Source: Spirochaetia bacterium (GTDB lineage Bacteria; Spirochaetota; Spirochaetia; UBA9216). From it: a DNA stretch of 64,000 nt. The first letter of the stretch is position 1. Every line of letters begins with the position of its first letter. This document shows positions 1 through 9,414 of the stretch, one piece after another. The notes beneath the pieces were generated by a model. It searched no databases. It was not told the origin of the DNA and was given only the letters and a program-made list of their open reading frames with translations. The DNA is taken from NCBI GenBank assembly GCA_963677925.2, contig CAXXYH010000004.1, forward strand, positions 2,304,001-2,368,000. Reading direction: 5' to 3'. A program made the translations under genes and the position numbers.

Positions 1-165
1 TCTGTGTCGGCCTCTGTTATCAAGCAGAAGCCGTTTATGGTAGCAGATCCAGGATGTAAGGCTTCCATTTGCCTTAAACATATAGCAGGAAGACTTGAAA
101 AAGTTGAATACAAGGAAGGCGGAGGAGTTTCAAGATTTCTTAAGAAACTTTTCGGCAGTTTCTAG
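1..165 (+). CDS. flhG: C-terminal fragment of a MinD/ParA-family ATPase (FlhG/FleN), 5'-truncated by the window edge
   Basis: Frame +1 reads SVSASVIKQKPFMVADPGCKASICLKHIAGRL...GGVSRFLKKLFGSF*, ending in an amphipathic membrane-targeting-like helix; lies upstream of fliA. Confidence 0.7.
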   Translation, partial: SVSASVIKQKPFMVADPGCKASICLKHIAGRLEKVEYKEGGGVSRFLKKLFGSF

Positions 166-189
166 ACGATCCGCTAAAGTCGGTTTGCC

Positions 190-218
190 TTGACTGCTGA
201 AGTTTTTTGAAATAAGCT
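190..218 (+). promoter_or_regulatory. sigma70-type promoter
   Basis: TTGACT-17nt-TAAGCT, 5 nt before ATG 224. Confidence 0.5.
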
Positions 219-223
219 GAAAG

Positions 224-931
224 ATGATGTTTGGAGAAAATGCTTCGGTAAAAAGAAATTTAATTATCACTTTTTCCATTTTCGGTTTTGTTCTTTCTAT
301 TATAACAGGACTGATTGGAAGGGTCTTTTTTGGACCTATGATTGGACGAGCCTTTCTTTTTGCTTTAGTATTCGGCGGAATCGGCTTTCTTGTAATTAAA
401 ATAGCCGATATCTTTCTTCCCGAACTTTTTCGGCTCGATGATGAAACCGATGATGAAGAACAGGATGAAGATACGGAAGAAACTGATGAAGAATCAGATT
501 CAGAAAGCGCTGTAGATATAACTGTCGAGGATAATGATAATCCGGATTATATATACAGTCCGGATTCAGGTGAAGCTGAGGCTTCGCTTGAGCCTGAAGA
601 ACAAACCGGTGAAGATGCAGGAGATGATGTAGCTGAACTGGAGGACGCCGAAGACGGAGATGCGGTTGCTTCAAAAGAAGCTGCGCCCTCAAAAGACGCA
701 GTTCCGGCTGCTGAGGTCTCCGGTTCAGGAAAGGGTAAATCGAGTTTACCCGATATAGAAACTTTTTCAGATGCTTTTGAGCAGGTGACTGAGACTGAAA
801 CCGGTGACAACGGATTAAGCAGTATTGACGGCACCGGCTCAGGACAGGCTGAAATACTTGGAAGCCTTCATGACACCGATGAAATGGTTAAGGCTGTCAA
901 GTCAGTATTAAAAAAGGACCAGGAAGGATAG
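224..931 (+). CDS. Hypothetical membrane protein: two N-terminal TM helices and a long acidic low-complexity tail
   Basis: 235 aa ORF, hydrophobic N-terminus, D/E-rich remainder, 3 nt from fliA. Confidence 0.75.
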   Translation: MMFGENASVKRNLIITFSIFGFVLSIITGLIGRVFFGPMIGRAFLFALVFGGIGFLVIKIADIFLPELFRLDDETDDEEQDEDTEETDEESDSESAVDITVEDNDNPDYIYSPDSGEAEASLEPEEQTGEDAGDDVAELEDAEDGDAVASKEAAPSKDAVPAAEVSGSGKGKSSLPDIETFSDAFEQVTETETGDNGLSSIDGTGSGQAEILGSLHDTDEMVKAVKSVLKKDQEG

Positions 932-934
932 TAA

Positions 935-1723
935 ATGGATGCAAAACTTCTAAAGAACAAGAGCGAGGAAGAACTCTGGACTCTTTACAAGAAAAAAAGA
1001 GATCCTATTATCAGGGAACTCTTTGTAAAGCAGTATGCCCCCCTTGTGAAGTATGTAGCCGGAAAGGTTGCGGTAGGTATGCCGCATAATATTGAATTTG
1101 ATGATCTGGTTCAGTATGGTGTATTCGGCCTTTTTGATGCGATAGACAAATTCGACCCTGCAAAACATGTAAAATTTAAAACATATGCCGTTACCAGGAT
1201 CAGGGGAGCAATATTTGATGAACTCCGATCCATTGACTGGGTTCCCAGATCAGTCAGGCAGAAATCAAGAGAAGTTGAGGATGCCGTACATCGCCTTGAA
1301 TCATCACTTGGCAGGGCGGTTTCAGACAGTGAAATTGCAAATGAAATGGGTATGGATCTGCAGGAATATCAGAAGACAATACTTAAAATCAGCGGCACCT
1401 CCATTATGTCTTTAAATGATGTCTGGTACACTGGTGAAGATAACGACAAGGTTTCTATTGTCGACAGCATTGAATCTCCACAGGGCCTTAATCCCGATAT
1501 AATTGTAGAAAAAGATGAAATAAAACGTGTAATAATTGAAGCAATTAACGAACTGCCTGAAAAAGAGAAAAAAGTTCTTGTTCTTTACTATTATGAAGAC
1601 TTAACTTTAAAAGAGATAGGCAAAGTTCTGGAGGTAACTGAATCCAGAGTTTCGCAGCTTCACACTAAGGCGATTATGCGGCTTAGAGCCAAGCTTACTA
1701 ACCTTAAAAAAGGAATTATGTAG
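935..1723 (+). CDS. fliA: Flagellar RNA polymerase sigma factor sigma28 (FliA/WhiG)
   Basis: [30 protein letters not shown] and [21 protein letters not shown] motifs. Confidence 0.97.
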   Translation: MDAKLLKNKSEEELWTLYKKKRDPIIRELFVKQYAPLVKYVAGKVAVGMPHNIEFDDLVQYGVFGLFDAIDKFDPAKHVKFKTYAVTRIRGAIFDELRSIDWVPRSVRQKSREVEDAVHRLESSLGRAVSDSEIANEMGMDLQEYQKTILKISGTSIMSLNDVWYTGEDNDKVSIVDSIESPQGLNPDIIVEKDEIKRVIIEAINELPEKEKKVLVLYYYEDLTLKEIGKVLEVTESRVSQLHTKAIMRLRAKLTNLKKGIM

Positions 1724-1726
1724 ATT

Positions 1727-3673
1727 ATGGTTCAATTGTCGGAATTAAGAGAATTTATGCGTAAGCAGGCTGAATCGGACCGGGCAAGAAAAACCGTCCA
1801 GGTCAGCGGTCCGACAATTGAAGAGGCGCTTGAGCAGGCCTGTATTGAACTGGCTCTTCCCTTAAAAAAGATAGAATATGAAGTTCTTGAGAGTCCCTCA
1901 GGCGGTATCCTGGGGTACGGAAAAAAGAACTGCCTATTAATAGCCTATGAAATAGCGGCACAGAAGTCTGATGATTTTGATGAAGACGGTTTTGATCTCG
2001 ATTTTGATTCAGGTTTTTCGAGTTCCGAAGTTCCGAAAGACAGAGACGGCGAAATTATTGTAAAACTCAGACAGGAGGGAGTATTTATAAAGGTTTCCCC
2101 GCCTGTCGGAAAAGGAAGTCCTGCAACAGAACGTGATGCCGCGATGAAGATAAAAAGCAGGGGTATTACCGATTATGATCAGCATATGATGGTAAGCGCT
2201 GTTAAGCAGGCGGATGGTGAGCAGGTTCGAATAGGCGATTATGCTTATAACCCGATGAATGATTCAATAATTTCCGTGAATATTATCGATCTCGAGATGA
2301 AGGCTAATATTGTTATTAAAGAGCCCGGTCCTGGCGGTGCGGATGTTAACACAGAAAGCATCATAGGCCTTTTAAAAGCCAATGGAATAATCCATGGAAT
2401 TGATGAAGAAGAGATTGGGCGTATTGAAGATCATCCTGTATTTGATACGCCTCTGCTGGTTGCAGAAGGTTCGAAGCCTGTTAACGGTAATGATGCTCGG
2501 ATAATTTATAACTTTGACAGTCAGAATCTTCAGGTTTCACTGAAAGAGCGGCAGGGGAAGGTTGATTTCAAGGAAATGAACAGAATCCAGAATGTTGTTG
2601 AAGGACAGATTCTGGCAAGAAAGGTTCCTGCGGAAGAAGGCAAACCAGGAAGAACCGTAACCGGGAAATTGCTTCCAGCTAAATCCGGAAATGATATAAG
2701 TTTTAACATAGGTAAAAATGTAAAACTTTCAGATGATAAGCAGACAGCGATAGCAGAAATAAACGGACAGGTTATTATTATGGGTGATAAGCTCACAGTT
2801 GAACCTGTCTACCTTGTTCAGGGCGATGTTAATCTTAAATCAGGCGGAAATATAATCTTTCTGGGATCCGTTATAGTTAAAGGCAGCGTAGAAGACGGTT
2901 TTAAGGTTAAGGCTTCTGGAAATATTGAAGTTATGGGTAATGTAGGAAAGTCTGAGATTGATGCAGAAGGTGAAGTTATTGTTCATCAGGGTATCAACGG
3001 AAAGACCGAAGGTCAGGTCCGGGCCGGAAAAACTGTATGGTCGAAGTTTATTGAGAACGCAAATGTTGAATCCGGAGACCTCGTAGTAGCGACTGATGGA
3101 ATTATAAATTCGAATGTTGTTTCAAACCGTATGATTGTATGTATGGGTAAGCGTGCCACTATAGTTGGAGGAAGACTCCGTGCTACAGAGGAGATACATG
3201 CTAAAACGCTCGGTTCCGCATCAGGATCAGAAACTATTCTTGAAGTAGGCTGGGATCCGAAAAGCAAGGAAAAACTGGTTAATTTAGAAAAGAATATGGA
3301 GGATCTGAATACTCAGATTGATGATATTGATAGAAACATCCTGACGCTTGAAAACTTCAAAAAGAAAAAGAAAAAACTTCCTGAAGATAAGGAAGAATAT
3401 CTGGCAGAGCTGAAACAGCAGAAGCAGGATGTTTATGAAGAAACTCTCGAAGTAAAAGAAGAAATAGACGGTATCAAGGAATATCTTGCTTCTCTTAAAT
3501 ATGTTGGAAAAATATCAGCTGCTTCAAAGGTATTCCCCGGTGTAAGGGTAGTTATCAAGGATGCTCATATGAAGGTTCGAAATGATTATAACAGTGTAAC
3601 TTTCATTAATGAAGAAGGTGATGTTCATACCGTAAAATATGAGGCTCCGGAAGAAGATTTTTCAAGGAAGTAG
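1727..3673 (+). CDS. fapA: FapA family (DUF342) flagellar assembly protein with N-terminal Jag-like domain
   Basis: VDFKEMNRIQNVVEGQILARK and GNIIFLGSVIVKGSVEDGFKVKA beta-helix; N-terminal GPTIEEALEQA...GGILGYGKK. Confidence 0.85.
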   Translation: MVQLSELREFMRKQAESDRARKTVQVSGPTIEEALEQACIELALPLKKIEYEVLESPSGGILGYGKKNCLLIAYEIAAQKSDDFDEDGFDLDFDSGFSSSEVPKDRDGEIIVKLRQEGVFIKVSPPVGKGSPATERDAAMKIKSRGITDYDQHMMVSAVKQADGEQVRIGDYAYNPMNDSIISVNIIDLEMKANIVIKEPGPGGADVNTESIIGLLKANGIIHGIDEEEIGRIEDHPVFDTPLLVAEGSKPVNGNDARIIYNFDSQNLQVSLKERQGKVDFKEMNRIQNVVEGQILARKVPAEEGKPGRTVTGKLLPAKSGNDISFNIGKNVKLSDDKQTAIAEINGQVIIMGDKLTVEPVYLVQGDVNLKSGGNIIFLGSVIVKGSVEDGFKVKASGNIEVMGNVGKSEIDAEGEVIVHQGINGKTEGQVRAGKTVWSKFIENANVESGDLVVATDGIINSNVVSNRMIVCMGKRATIVGGRLRATEEIHAKTLGSASGSETILEVGWDPKSKEKLVNLEKNMEDLNTQIDDIDRNILTLENFKKKKKKLPEDKEEYLAELKQQKQDVYEETLEVKEEIDGIKEYLASLKYVGKISAASKVFPGVRVVIKDAHMKVRNDYNSVTFINEEGDVHTVKYEAPEEDFSRK

Positions 3674-3675
3674 CT

Positions 3676-4005
3676 ATGTCAGTATCGCCTCTGGACATGC
3701 AGATTCTATACAGTAATCTGAAAAACGTCGGACAGCAGCAGGCTGCAGAGCGTGCATCAGAGTTGGCTCAGCAGCATAAGCAGGCAGATGAATCTGCAAA
3801 AAAGGCTGATGAAAAAGATCACCGGGTGGGTGAAGCCAAAGATGTTGAAACCGGTATCGATAAGGTTAATGATAAAGATAAAAAGCAGGATGAACAGAAG
3901 GGCGCAAAGGATAAAAGTCAGAAGGACGAAGCCCGGGATGATAAGCCTGAAGCTGAGTTTTTTGATGACCCGGATATCGGACATAATATTGATATTTCAG
4001 GATAA
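3676..4005 (+). CDS. Conserved hypothetical protein of flagellar operons
   Basis: 109 aa, SPLDMQ N-terminus and DPDIGHNIDI C-terminus, tightly packed in the operon. Confidence 0.7.
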   Translation: MSVSPLDMQILYSNLKNVGQQQAAERASELAQQHKQADESAKKADEKDHRVGEAKDVETGIDKVNDKDKKQDEQKGAKDKSQKDEARDDKPEAEFFDDPDIGHNIDISG

Positions 4006-4010
4006 TCTCA

Positions 4011-4538
4011 GTGATTTTTAATATAGTAATAATTCTAATAAATATAATAATTTTCTCGGTTATGTATATTATACTGATCAGAAGAATTGACAGACGGACT
4101 GATCCTGAAAGTATATCTGAAAGTATCATAAGGGATCTGGATCTTGTTCTGGCCGAGATAAATCAGGCAACCGATAGAAATATAATGCTGATAGAAGATA
4201 AACTTAAAGAGCTTAATTCTACTGTTGAGAAAGCGGAAGCCAGAATAAAACTTCTAAAGAAGAATGAGATGCCGAAGACTGAGGTTCGTGTGGAAGAACC
4301 GAAAAAAGATGAGCTTACATACTCCACCATTAATAAAATTACCAACTACAGCGGAATTGTTTCTACTGTAAAAAGTCAGGTTAAGACAGAAGATGGCGTA
4401 GATTCAAAAAAAAGAATTATAGAGCTCTATAAAAGCGGGCTGGATTCCGGTCTTATAGCTGCAAGTCTGGGAGTTAACCGCGGTGAAGTTGAACTGATAA
4501 TTTCCCTATACAGACAATCAAATAACATTCAGGATTAA
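4011..4538 (+). CDS. Hypothetical membrane-anchored coiled-coil protein with C-terminal HTH-like motif
   Basis: N-terminal TM helix, coiled coil, IAASLGVNRGEVELII. Confidence 0.7.
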   Translation: MIFNIVIILINIIIFSVMYIILIRRIDRRTDPESISESIIRDLDLVLAEINQATDRNIMLIEDKLKELNSTVEKAEARIKLLKKNEMPKTEVRVEEPKKDELTYSTINKITNYSGIVSTVKSQVKTEDGVDSKKRIIELYKSGLDSGLIAASLGVNRGEVELIISLYRQSNNIQD

Positions 4539-4539
4539 T

Positions 4540-6360
4540 ATGAAAGATAACCGACTACTAAAGACATTTATCAGCGATACAAGCGTGCATATAAATAAGA
4601 TTAATGATCTTCTTATTGCGATGGAGAATAATAGTTCTGCTCCAGAAGCTGTAAATGAACTTTTCAGGTATGTTCACTCAATCAAATCAGAGGCTGCTTA
4701 TCTCGGTATAGATGATATTTCAGAGACTGCACATGATCTTGAGAATATCCTTGAAACAGTAAGAAGTTCATCATCTGGCAGAATAGAGGAAAAGGATCTC
4801 ATTCTGTTCTGCTACAAGGCCGTAGATAGAATCTCAGAGCAGTTGAAACAGGTTAAAGTTTCAGCTTCCGGCAACTTAAACGATGTTAACAGTAATGAAG
4901 AAAAAAAATATACAGATTTTGAAAAACTTCTGCTCAGGGAAGCTGAAGATCGTGATGAGAAATTGTATGAAGTATGTTTCAGTATTGCTGAAGAAGAGTC
5001 AATGAAATATGCAAGGGCATATCTGGCTCTTAGCAATCTTGAAATGAAATATAATGTCATTAAAACCATTCCTGAACTCGATGAAAATGAAGAGCACTTT
5101 CCTGAAAAAATTACAGTAGTACTTTCATCCGGCTCTGATGAGCAGGAAATTATCAGGGATTTAAATATTGATCAAATCAGTGATTTAAGTATTAAGAGAC
5201 TGAGTTTTTCCGATGAGTACGATGCCAGATTAATAACCGAAGCAGCTTCCGATTTAAGTAAAAACAAGGATAATATTTATAATGTTGATGCTTCAGAGAT
5301 AGATGAAATCAACGATTATCTGGTCGAGATTCGACGCAGAATATCGGGGCTTTCCGGATCATTCGGAGACTCTGCTGAACTGAACAGTATGGAAAATGAA
5401 TTAAAGGGATTAGAATCAATTTCCAGCGGAATAGCCTCGCTTATGGACCGCCTTAAAATGGTTCAGTTTGCTGATCATTTTGCCTCTTACCGGAGAATGG
5501 TTCGCGACCTGGCCGATAAATCCGGCAAAAAGATAGAGCTTTTCATAGAAGGAGATCTAAAAATTTCAAGGGATTTTGCTGAATACCTTAAAGAGCCGAT
5601 AATTCAGATTCTTAAAAATGCGATAGTACACGGAATTGAAGCTCCGGAAATACGTAGCAGTAACGGGAAATCTCCAACAGGTAAAATTACTCTCGCTGTG
5701 AGAAAAACTTCTGAGGCTACAGTGATAACAGTCAGTGATGACGGTGCCGGAATTGATGATAATATATACAGCAGTAATGGAATAGGCCGAAGTGAGCATA
5801 CTGAGGTTCTGAAAATTATTTCTCAACCTGGATTCAGTTCACTTTCCGAGAGTAATAAACTCGGCGGTAGAGGGGTAGGTCTTGACCTTGTTGTACATGA
5901 GATTGAAAAAAAGAAGGGCCGGCTGGAACTTGTTAACAATCCCGGCCAGGGATGTATTTTCAGGATGGTTTTCAGTGACTCAAAAAATGAGACTAAATTT
6001 CTGGTTTTGAAGTATCGTGAGAATAACTACGCTGTTGAGATGAAGTCCGGGATTGAAGCTGAAACATATAATCAGGCTGCAGTCTCCAAAAATGGAATAA
6101 TTTTTGAGATAGACGGTATTGGACTGTACTGTCCTGATGGACGTGTTTCAGATCCTGACAATCAGACTTCGGACTGTAATACAATGATTTATATAAAGAA
6201 TCCAAGCGGTGAGGGCTATGTTGTTTTTGAAGAAGCCCTTTTTGAAGTAAAATACGACAAAAACAGGCTTTTAAAGACGGAACCCGCTGGAAATAACTCC
6301 AGCAGGGTTAATGTTGACAGTCAGCCTGCCGATTTTCTTCTTCTTGAAATGAAATTTTAG
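4540..6360 (+). CDS. cheA: CheA-like chemotaxis histidine kinase (divergent)
   Basis: Hpt LFRYVHSIKS, N-box KNAIVHGIE, G1 DDGAGID, F PGFS, G2 GRGVGLDLV. Confidence 0.8.
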   Translation: MKDNRLLKTFISDTSVHINKINDLLIAMENNSSAPEAVNELFRYVHSIKSEAAYLGIDDISETAHDLENILETVRSSSSGRIEEKDLILFCYKAVDRISEQLKQVKVSASGNLNDVNSNEEKKYTDFEKLLLREAEDRDEKLYEVCFSIAEEESMKYARAYLALSNLEMKYNVIKTIPELDENEEHFPEKITVVLSSGSDEQEIIRDLNIDQISDLSIKRLSFSDEYDARLITEAASDLSKNKDNIYNVDASEIDEINDYLVEIRRRISGLSGSFGDSAELNSMENELKGLESISSGIASLMDRLKMVQFADHFASYRRMVRDLADKSGKKIELFIEGDLKISRDFAEYLKEPIIQILKNAIVHGIEAPEIRSSNGKSPTGKITLAVRKTSEATVITVSDDGAGIDDNIYSSNGIGRSEHTEVLKIISQPGFSSLSESNKLGGRGVGLDLVVHEIEKKKGRLELVNNPGQGCIFRMVFSDSKNETKFLVLKYRENNYAVEMKSGIEAETYNQAAVSKNGIIFEIDGIGLYCPDGRVSDPDNQTSDCNTMIYIKNPSGEGYVVFEEALFEVKYDKNRLLKTEPAGNNSSRVNVDSQPADFLLLEMKF

Positions 6361-6372
6361 TTCAAATAATTC

Positions 6373-6399
6373 TAAAGTTCAAAGCAGGTTTACCGATAT
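6373..6399 (+). promoter_or_regulatory. sigma28 (FliA) promoter
   Basis: TAAA-15nt-ACCGATAT with extended TAAAGTT -35. Confidence 0.7.
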
Positions 6400-6404
6400 T
6401 AATC

Positions 6405-6472
6405 TTAGGGTTGAACACCTTATTTGATAATTAACGGTATGCACATAACGTCCAGGCATACCGTTTTTTTTT
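6405..6472 (+). ncRNA. Candidate sigma28-dependent small RNA (~65 nt)
   Basis: Lies between the sigma28 promoter and an intrinsic terminator; no ORF; small 5' hairpin TAGGGT/ACCTTA. Confidence 0.5.
6433..6472 (+). terminator. Intrinsic terminator
   Basis: AACGGTATGC-13nt-GCATACCGTT running into a T9 tract. Confidence 0.85.
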
Positions 6473-6490
6473 GCTTCAGTCTCCCTCAAA

Positions 6491-7501
6491 CTAGACAGGT
6501 AGAAGACAATTATCTGGTTTCTTAAAGAAATCTTTATTTTCTTCAAGAATTTCATTAATAGTTTCCTTAAGTCCGACCACAGCGGAGGCTCCAAGCGGAA
6601 GTAAAGCCCCGCCTCTGCATAGGTTCAGGATCTGGCCTTCTACGATGCTTTTCATTTCATCTTTTGGAATTGCTCCAAGTTTGAGTGAAGCCATATCCAT
6701 ACCGCCGGTTAATACCAGACGATCTCCGTATTTCTTTATAATACCTTCAATATCATTGATAGTTTGTGCAGATGTCCAGTGTTCTATACCGGCCTCGATC
6801 ATTGATGGAATTAGATTTTCAATTTTACCGCAACTGTGAAACCTTAGAAAAATATTTTTCTCCTTGCCAAACTCGGTCAGCCTTTTAATGTGGGGTGCAA
6901 GTAGACTGTTCCAGACTTCGGTGCTGAAAAACTGATTTTCCTGATGTCCCCAGTCATCGTGCAGCTCTATCTGATCAACAGGGTAGTATTCAAGGATTTT
7001 TTCCATAACTCTAATCTTGTGATCAACTACAGCGCTGAAAAAGTCTGAGGAGGCTTCAGGTTCAATCAGCAGCGCCATACAGGCTTCAGACATCCCCATA
7101 AGTGCATGCATTCTTTCAAATGGACCGTTTAAAAGAGTAATATTTGCAAGTTTTTCAGGTACAAAGACATCCTTGTCTCTTTCTGCTGCGGCAGCCCAGT
7201 CTATAGCTTCTAAGTCAGGGAATTTTACCTGTTCTTTCCATTTCTTTATATCAGTCAAAATCGGCGGATACTCATGGCTTACTGTGGCTGCGCGTACGTG
7301 AGGCTGAAAAACCCAGTGAACACCGAACCAGTCAAAACCGGTTCCTCCCAGGGCCTGCTCGATCGAACCATCGCCTGGAGCCCTCTCAGCTATTTCGGGC
7401 GGAATATAGTTGACTTCATCCTGCCTTGCATTAGGAATCCACTCGGGAACCTGATGAGTCAACACTCTAATATAGTTCTCCTTAGGGGTTAAAGTTGACA
7501 T
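6491..7501 (-). CDS. Uroporphyrinogen decarboxylase / MtaA-CmuA methyltransferase family protein
   Basis: DWFGVHW, GPFERMHALMG, HDDWG and FHSCGKIE motifs. Confidence 0.8.
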   Translation of the reverse strand: MSTLTPKENYIRVLTHQVPEWIPNARQDEVNYIPPEIAERAPGDGSIEQALGGTGFDWFGVHWVFQPHVRAATVSHEYPPILTDIKKWKEQVKFPDLEAIDWAAAAERDKDVFVPEKLANITLLNGPFERMHALMGMSEACMALLIEPEASSDFFSAVVDHKIRVMEKILEYYPVDQIELHDDWGHQENQFFSTEVWNSLLAPHIKRLTEFGKEKNIFLRFHSCGKIENLIPSMIEAGIEHWTSAQTINDIEGIIKKYGDRLVLTGGMDMASLKLGAIPKDEMKSIVEGQILNLCRGGALLPLGASAVVGLKETINEILEENKDFFKKPDNCLLPV

Positions 7502-7578
7502 AAGACTCTCCTTTCTTTATTCAAAAATGAATTTTTTCAGATGTTTTTAGTATGCTAAACCTTACCCCCATGGTAAGG

Positions 7579-9414
7579 TCAAACTATTTTTTCAGAAAGT
7601 CTCAACAGTGCCTGTCCGGCAAGAATTCGATGATAGGCGGCTGCCTCATTGATGCCGAAATATAGTTTTTTAGAATTGGAAAGATAATCGCTGCCGGTTG
7701 TTTCGAGAATATCATTAAGAACCGGCTGCAGGATAAACCCTGCAAGTTCCTTGGCGGGAATTGAAGATATGCTGCGGTCAATTGATTCAAGTTTTTTTAA
7801 ATACTCCGAAAGTTCAGGTGTATCTTTGCTTATCAGTTTCATTAGCTGAATGGCTTCACCAGATAGGGTTTCAAGATTTTTACATTCATGAATGAGATTT
7901 TCAAGCATTGAAATAATACCTTTCAGCTCATTCCGGCCTGATTTAAATCTATCACTTTTAACTTTGATCTTAATATTTTCAATGGTTTTTCTCTGTTCCG
8001 GTGTCTGAAGAAGAGTATCTGATGATAGAAATTGCATTCCGTCTATCTTTATACCATATGACGAAAGATTATAAGTTGCAGTCGAACTATCATTTTTTAA
8101 CTGGTTTTCAAACCACCACTTGTATATTATAAGCCGCTTGTCTGTTAAGGTTTCAGTACCCGAATTATTGTCTGTTTTGAAGGATGAAGTGCTGTTAAGA
8201 TAGGCTGCAGTAAGCGAAGATGCCGGTGTAAGTCTTGTAGAGGACATTGCAATCAGTCTTGAAGAAAGGCTGTTTTTATAATGAGTTTTATTTCCTGGAT
8301 ATCCAAGATCAAGTCCAGCCGCATAGATTTCACGGCAGCCGAGTCTTCTGGCCAAATCCCAGGCACTCGTTGCTACAGATCCTCCGGCACCCAGAACTCC
8401 ATTAATTCTGACATGTTCTTCAAACAGACTTCCAAGCGGAAAAACAGATTTGCAGAAGTATACAGGAAGAGAGCAGTTTCTGAAAATTCCAGGATGGGTT
8501 GAGCTTTCAGATACAAGAATACTGCTGCCGTCAAACAATCTGTCTGACAGCAGGTTGTCAAGATGCCTGGAGTTCAGATACTGCGGATCAACAACTACTA
8601 TGAAATCAGGTGCAATTCGGGCATCTTTGAAAGCTCTTACGGCAGTATCTACACTGATTATTACAGCTCTTTTTTTCATTTCGGGCATCAGGGGCATTAA
8701 CGAATCAAGCGAAGGTCCTGCTGCAGCTACAATTCCCGGAATGCCGGGGAAACGGCCGAACCACTCACTGATATCGCCTGCATGAATCAGGGTTGGAATG
8801 TTGCGGAAAAGATTTCTGACCCAGGATTTACCGAAGCGGTTTATAGTATTCCGGTTTGTTTCCTTCTTAGCCACATATTCATTTATATTTTCTTCCAGAC
8901 TGCTGAAATATTCTTCATTTATTCCTGTCAGCTGACGCAATTTGAAGGTGTATACCGGAAAAACATCAATCTGTTTCAATATTCCCTGTATTGACGAGGG
9001 TACGGTATCAAGAAGAAAACCGGTTCGCGGTGATGATATAACCTCGGTGAAATCTCTTGCTTCTAGTGCTTTTAAGAATATTCCGGGCTCAGGTTCTGCA
9101 ATTAATATTTGAAGTTCCGGATAGTTTTCAAGAAGTGCTTCTATATGATAGCCCAGTCCGAAGCCGAAGACTACACAGATACCTGAGCCGCTTATTCCGC
9201 AGTTTCCTGCAAGCCTCGATGCTTCGGCAGACGGAGCTCTTGAGGAGTGCAGCCATACTTTATTCAGTTTTCCGGACACGGTTCCGTTTACACTTACAAC
9301 TATTTCAAGATCTTCAGATGGTTTGTAGCGGGACAATATTTCAGTTTCGAATCCCTGATATTTCTCTTTCAGTGCATCAAGGTTTTTCCCGGCAAATACC
9401 GACATATTATTCAA
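7579..9414 (-). CDS. Motility associated factor (Maf / DUF115) flagellin glycosyltransferase family protein
   Basis: FGFGLGYH, AAGPSLD, PDFIVVVDP, GGSVATSAWDLA, GLDLGY. Confidence 0.85.
   Translation of the reverse strand: MNNMSVFAGKNLDALKEKYQGFETEILSRYKPSEDLEIVVSVNGTVSGKLNKVWLHSSRAPSAEASRLAGNCGISGSGICVVFGFGLGYHIEALLENYPELQILIAEPEPGIFLKALEARDFTEVISSPRTGFLLDTVPSSIQGILKQIDVFPVYTFKLRQLTGINEEYFSSLEENINEYVAKKETNRNTINRFGKSWVRNLFRNIPTLIHAGDISEWFGRFPGIPGIVAAAGPSLDSLMPLMPEMKKRAVIISVDTAVRAFKDARIAPDFIVVVDPQYLNSRHLDNLLSDRLFDGSSILVSESSTHPGIFRNCSLPVYFCKSVFPLGSLFEEHVRINGVLGAGGSVATSAWDLARRLGCREIYAAGLDLGYPGNKTHYKNSLSSRLIAMSSTRLTPASSLTAAYLNSTSSFKTDNNSGTETLTDKRLIIYKWWFENQLKNDSSTATYNLSSYGIKIDGMQFLSSDTLLQTPEQRKTIENIKIKVKSDRFKSGRNELKGIISMLENLIHECKNLETLSGEAIQLMKLISKDTPELSEYLKKLESIDRSISSIPAKELAGFILQPVLNDILETTGSDYLSNSKKLYFGINEAAAYHRILAGQALLRLSEKIV

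Noticed and set aside
6379-6594. 71-aa minus-strand ORF across the sRNA candidate
   Set aside because: Out-of-frame overlap with the URO-D gene end, runs through the terminator, no RBS
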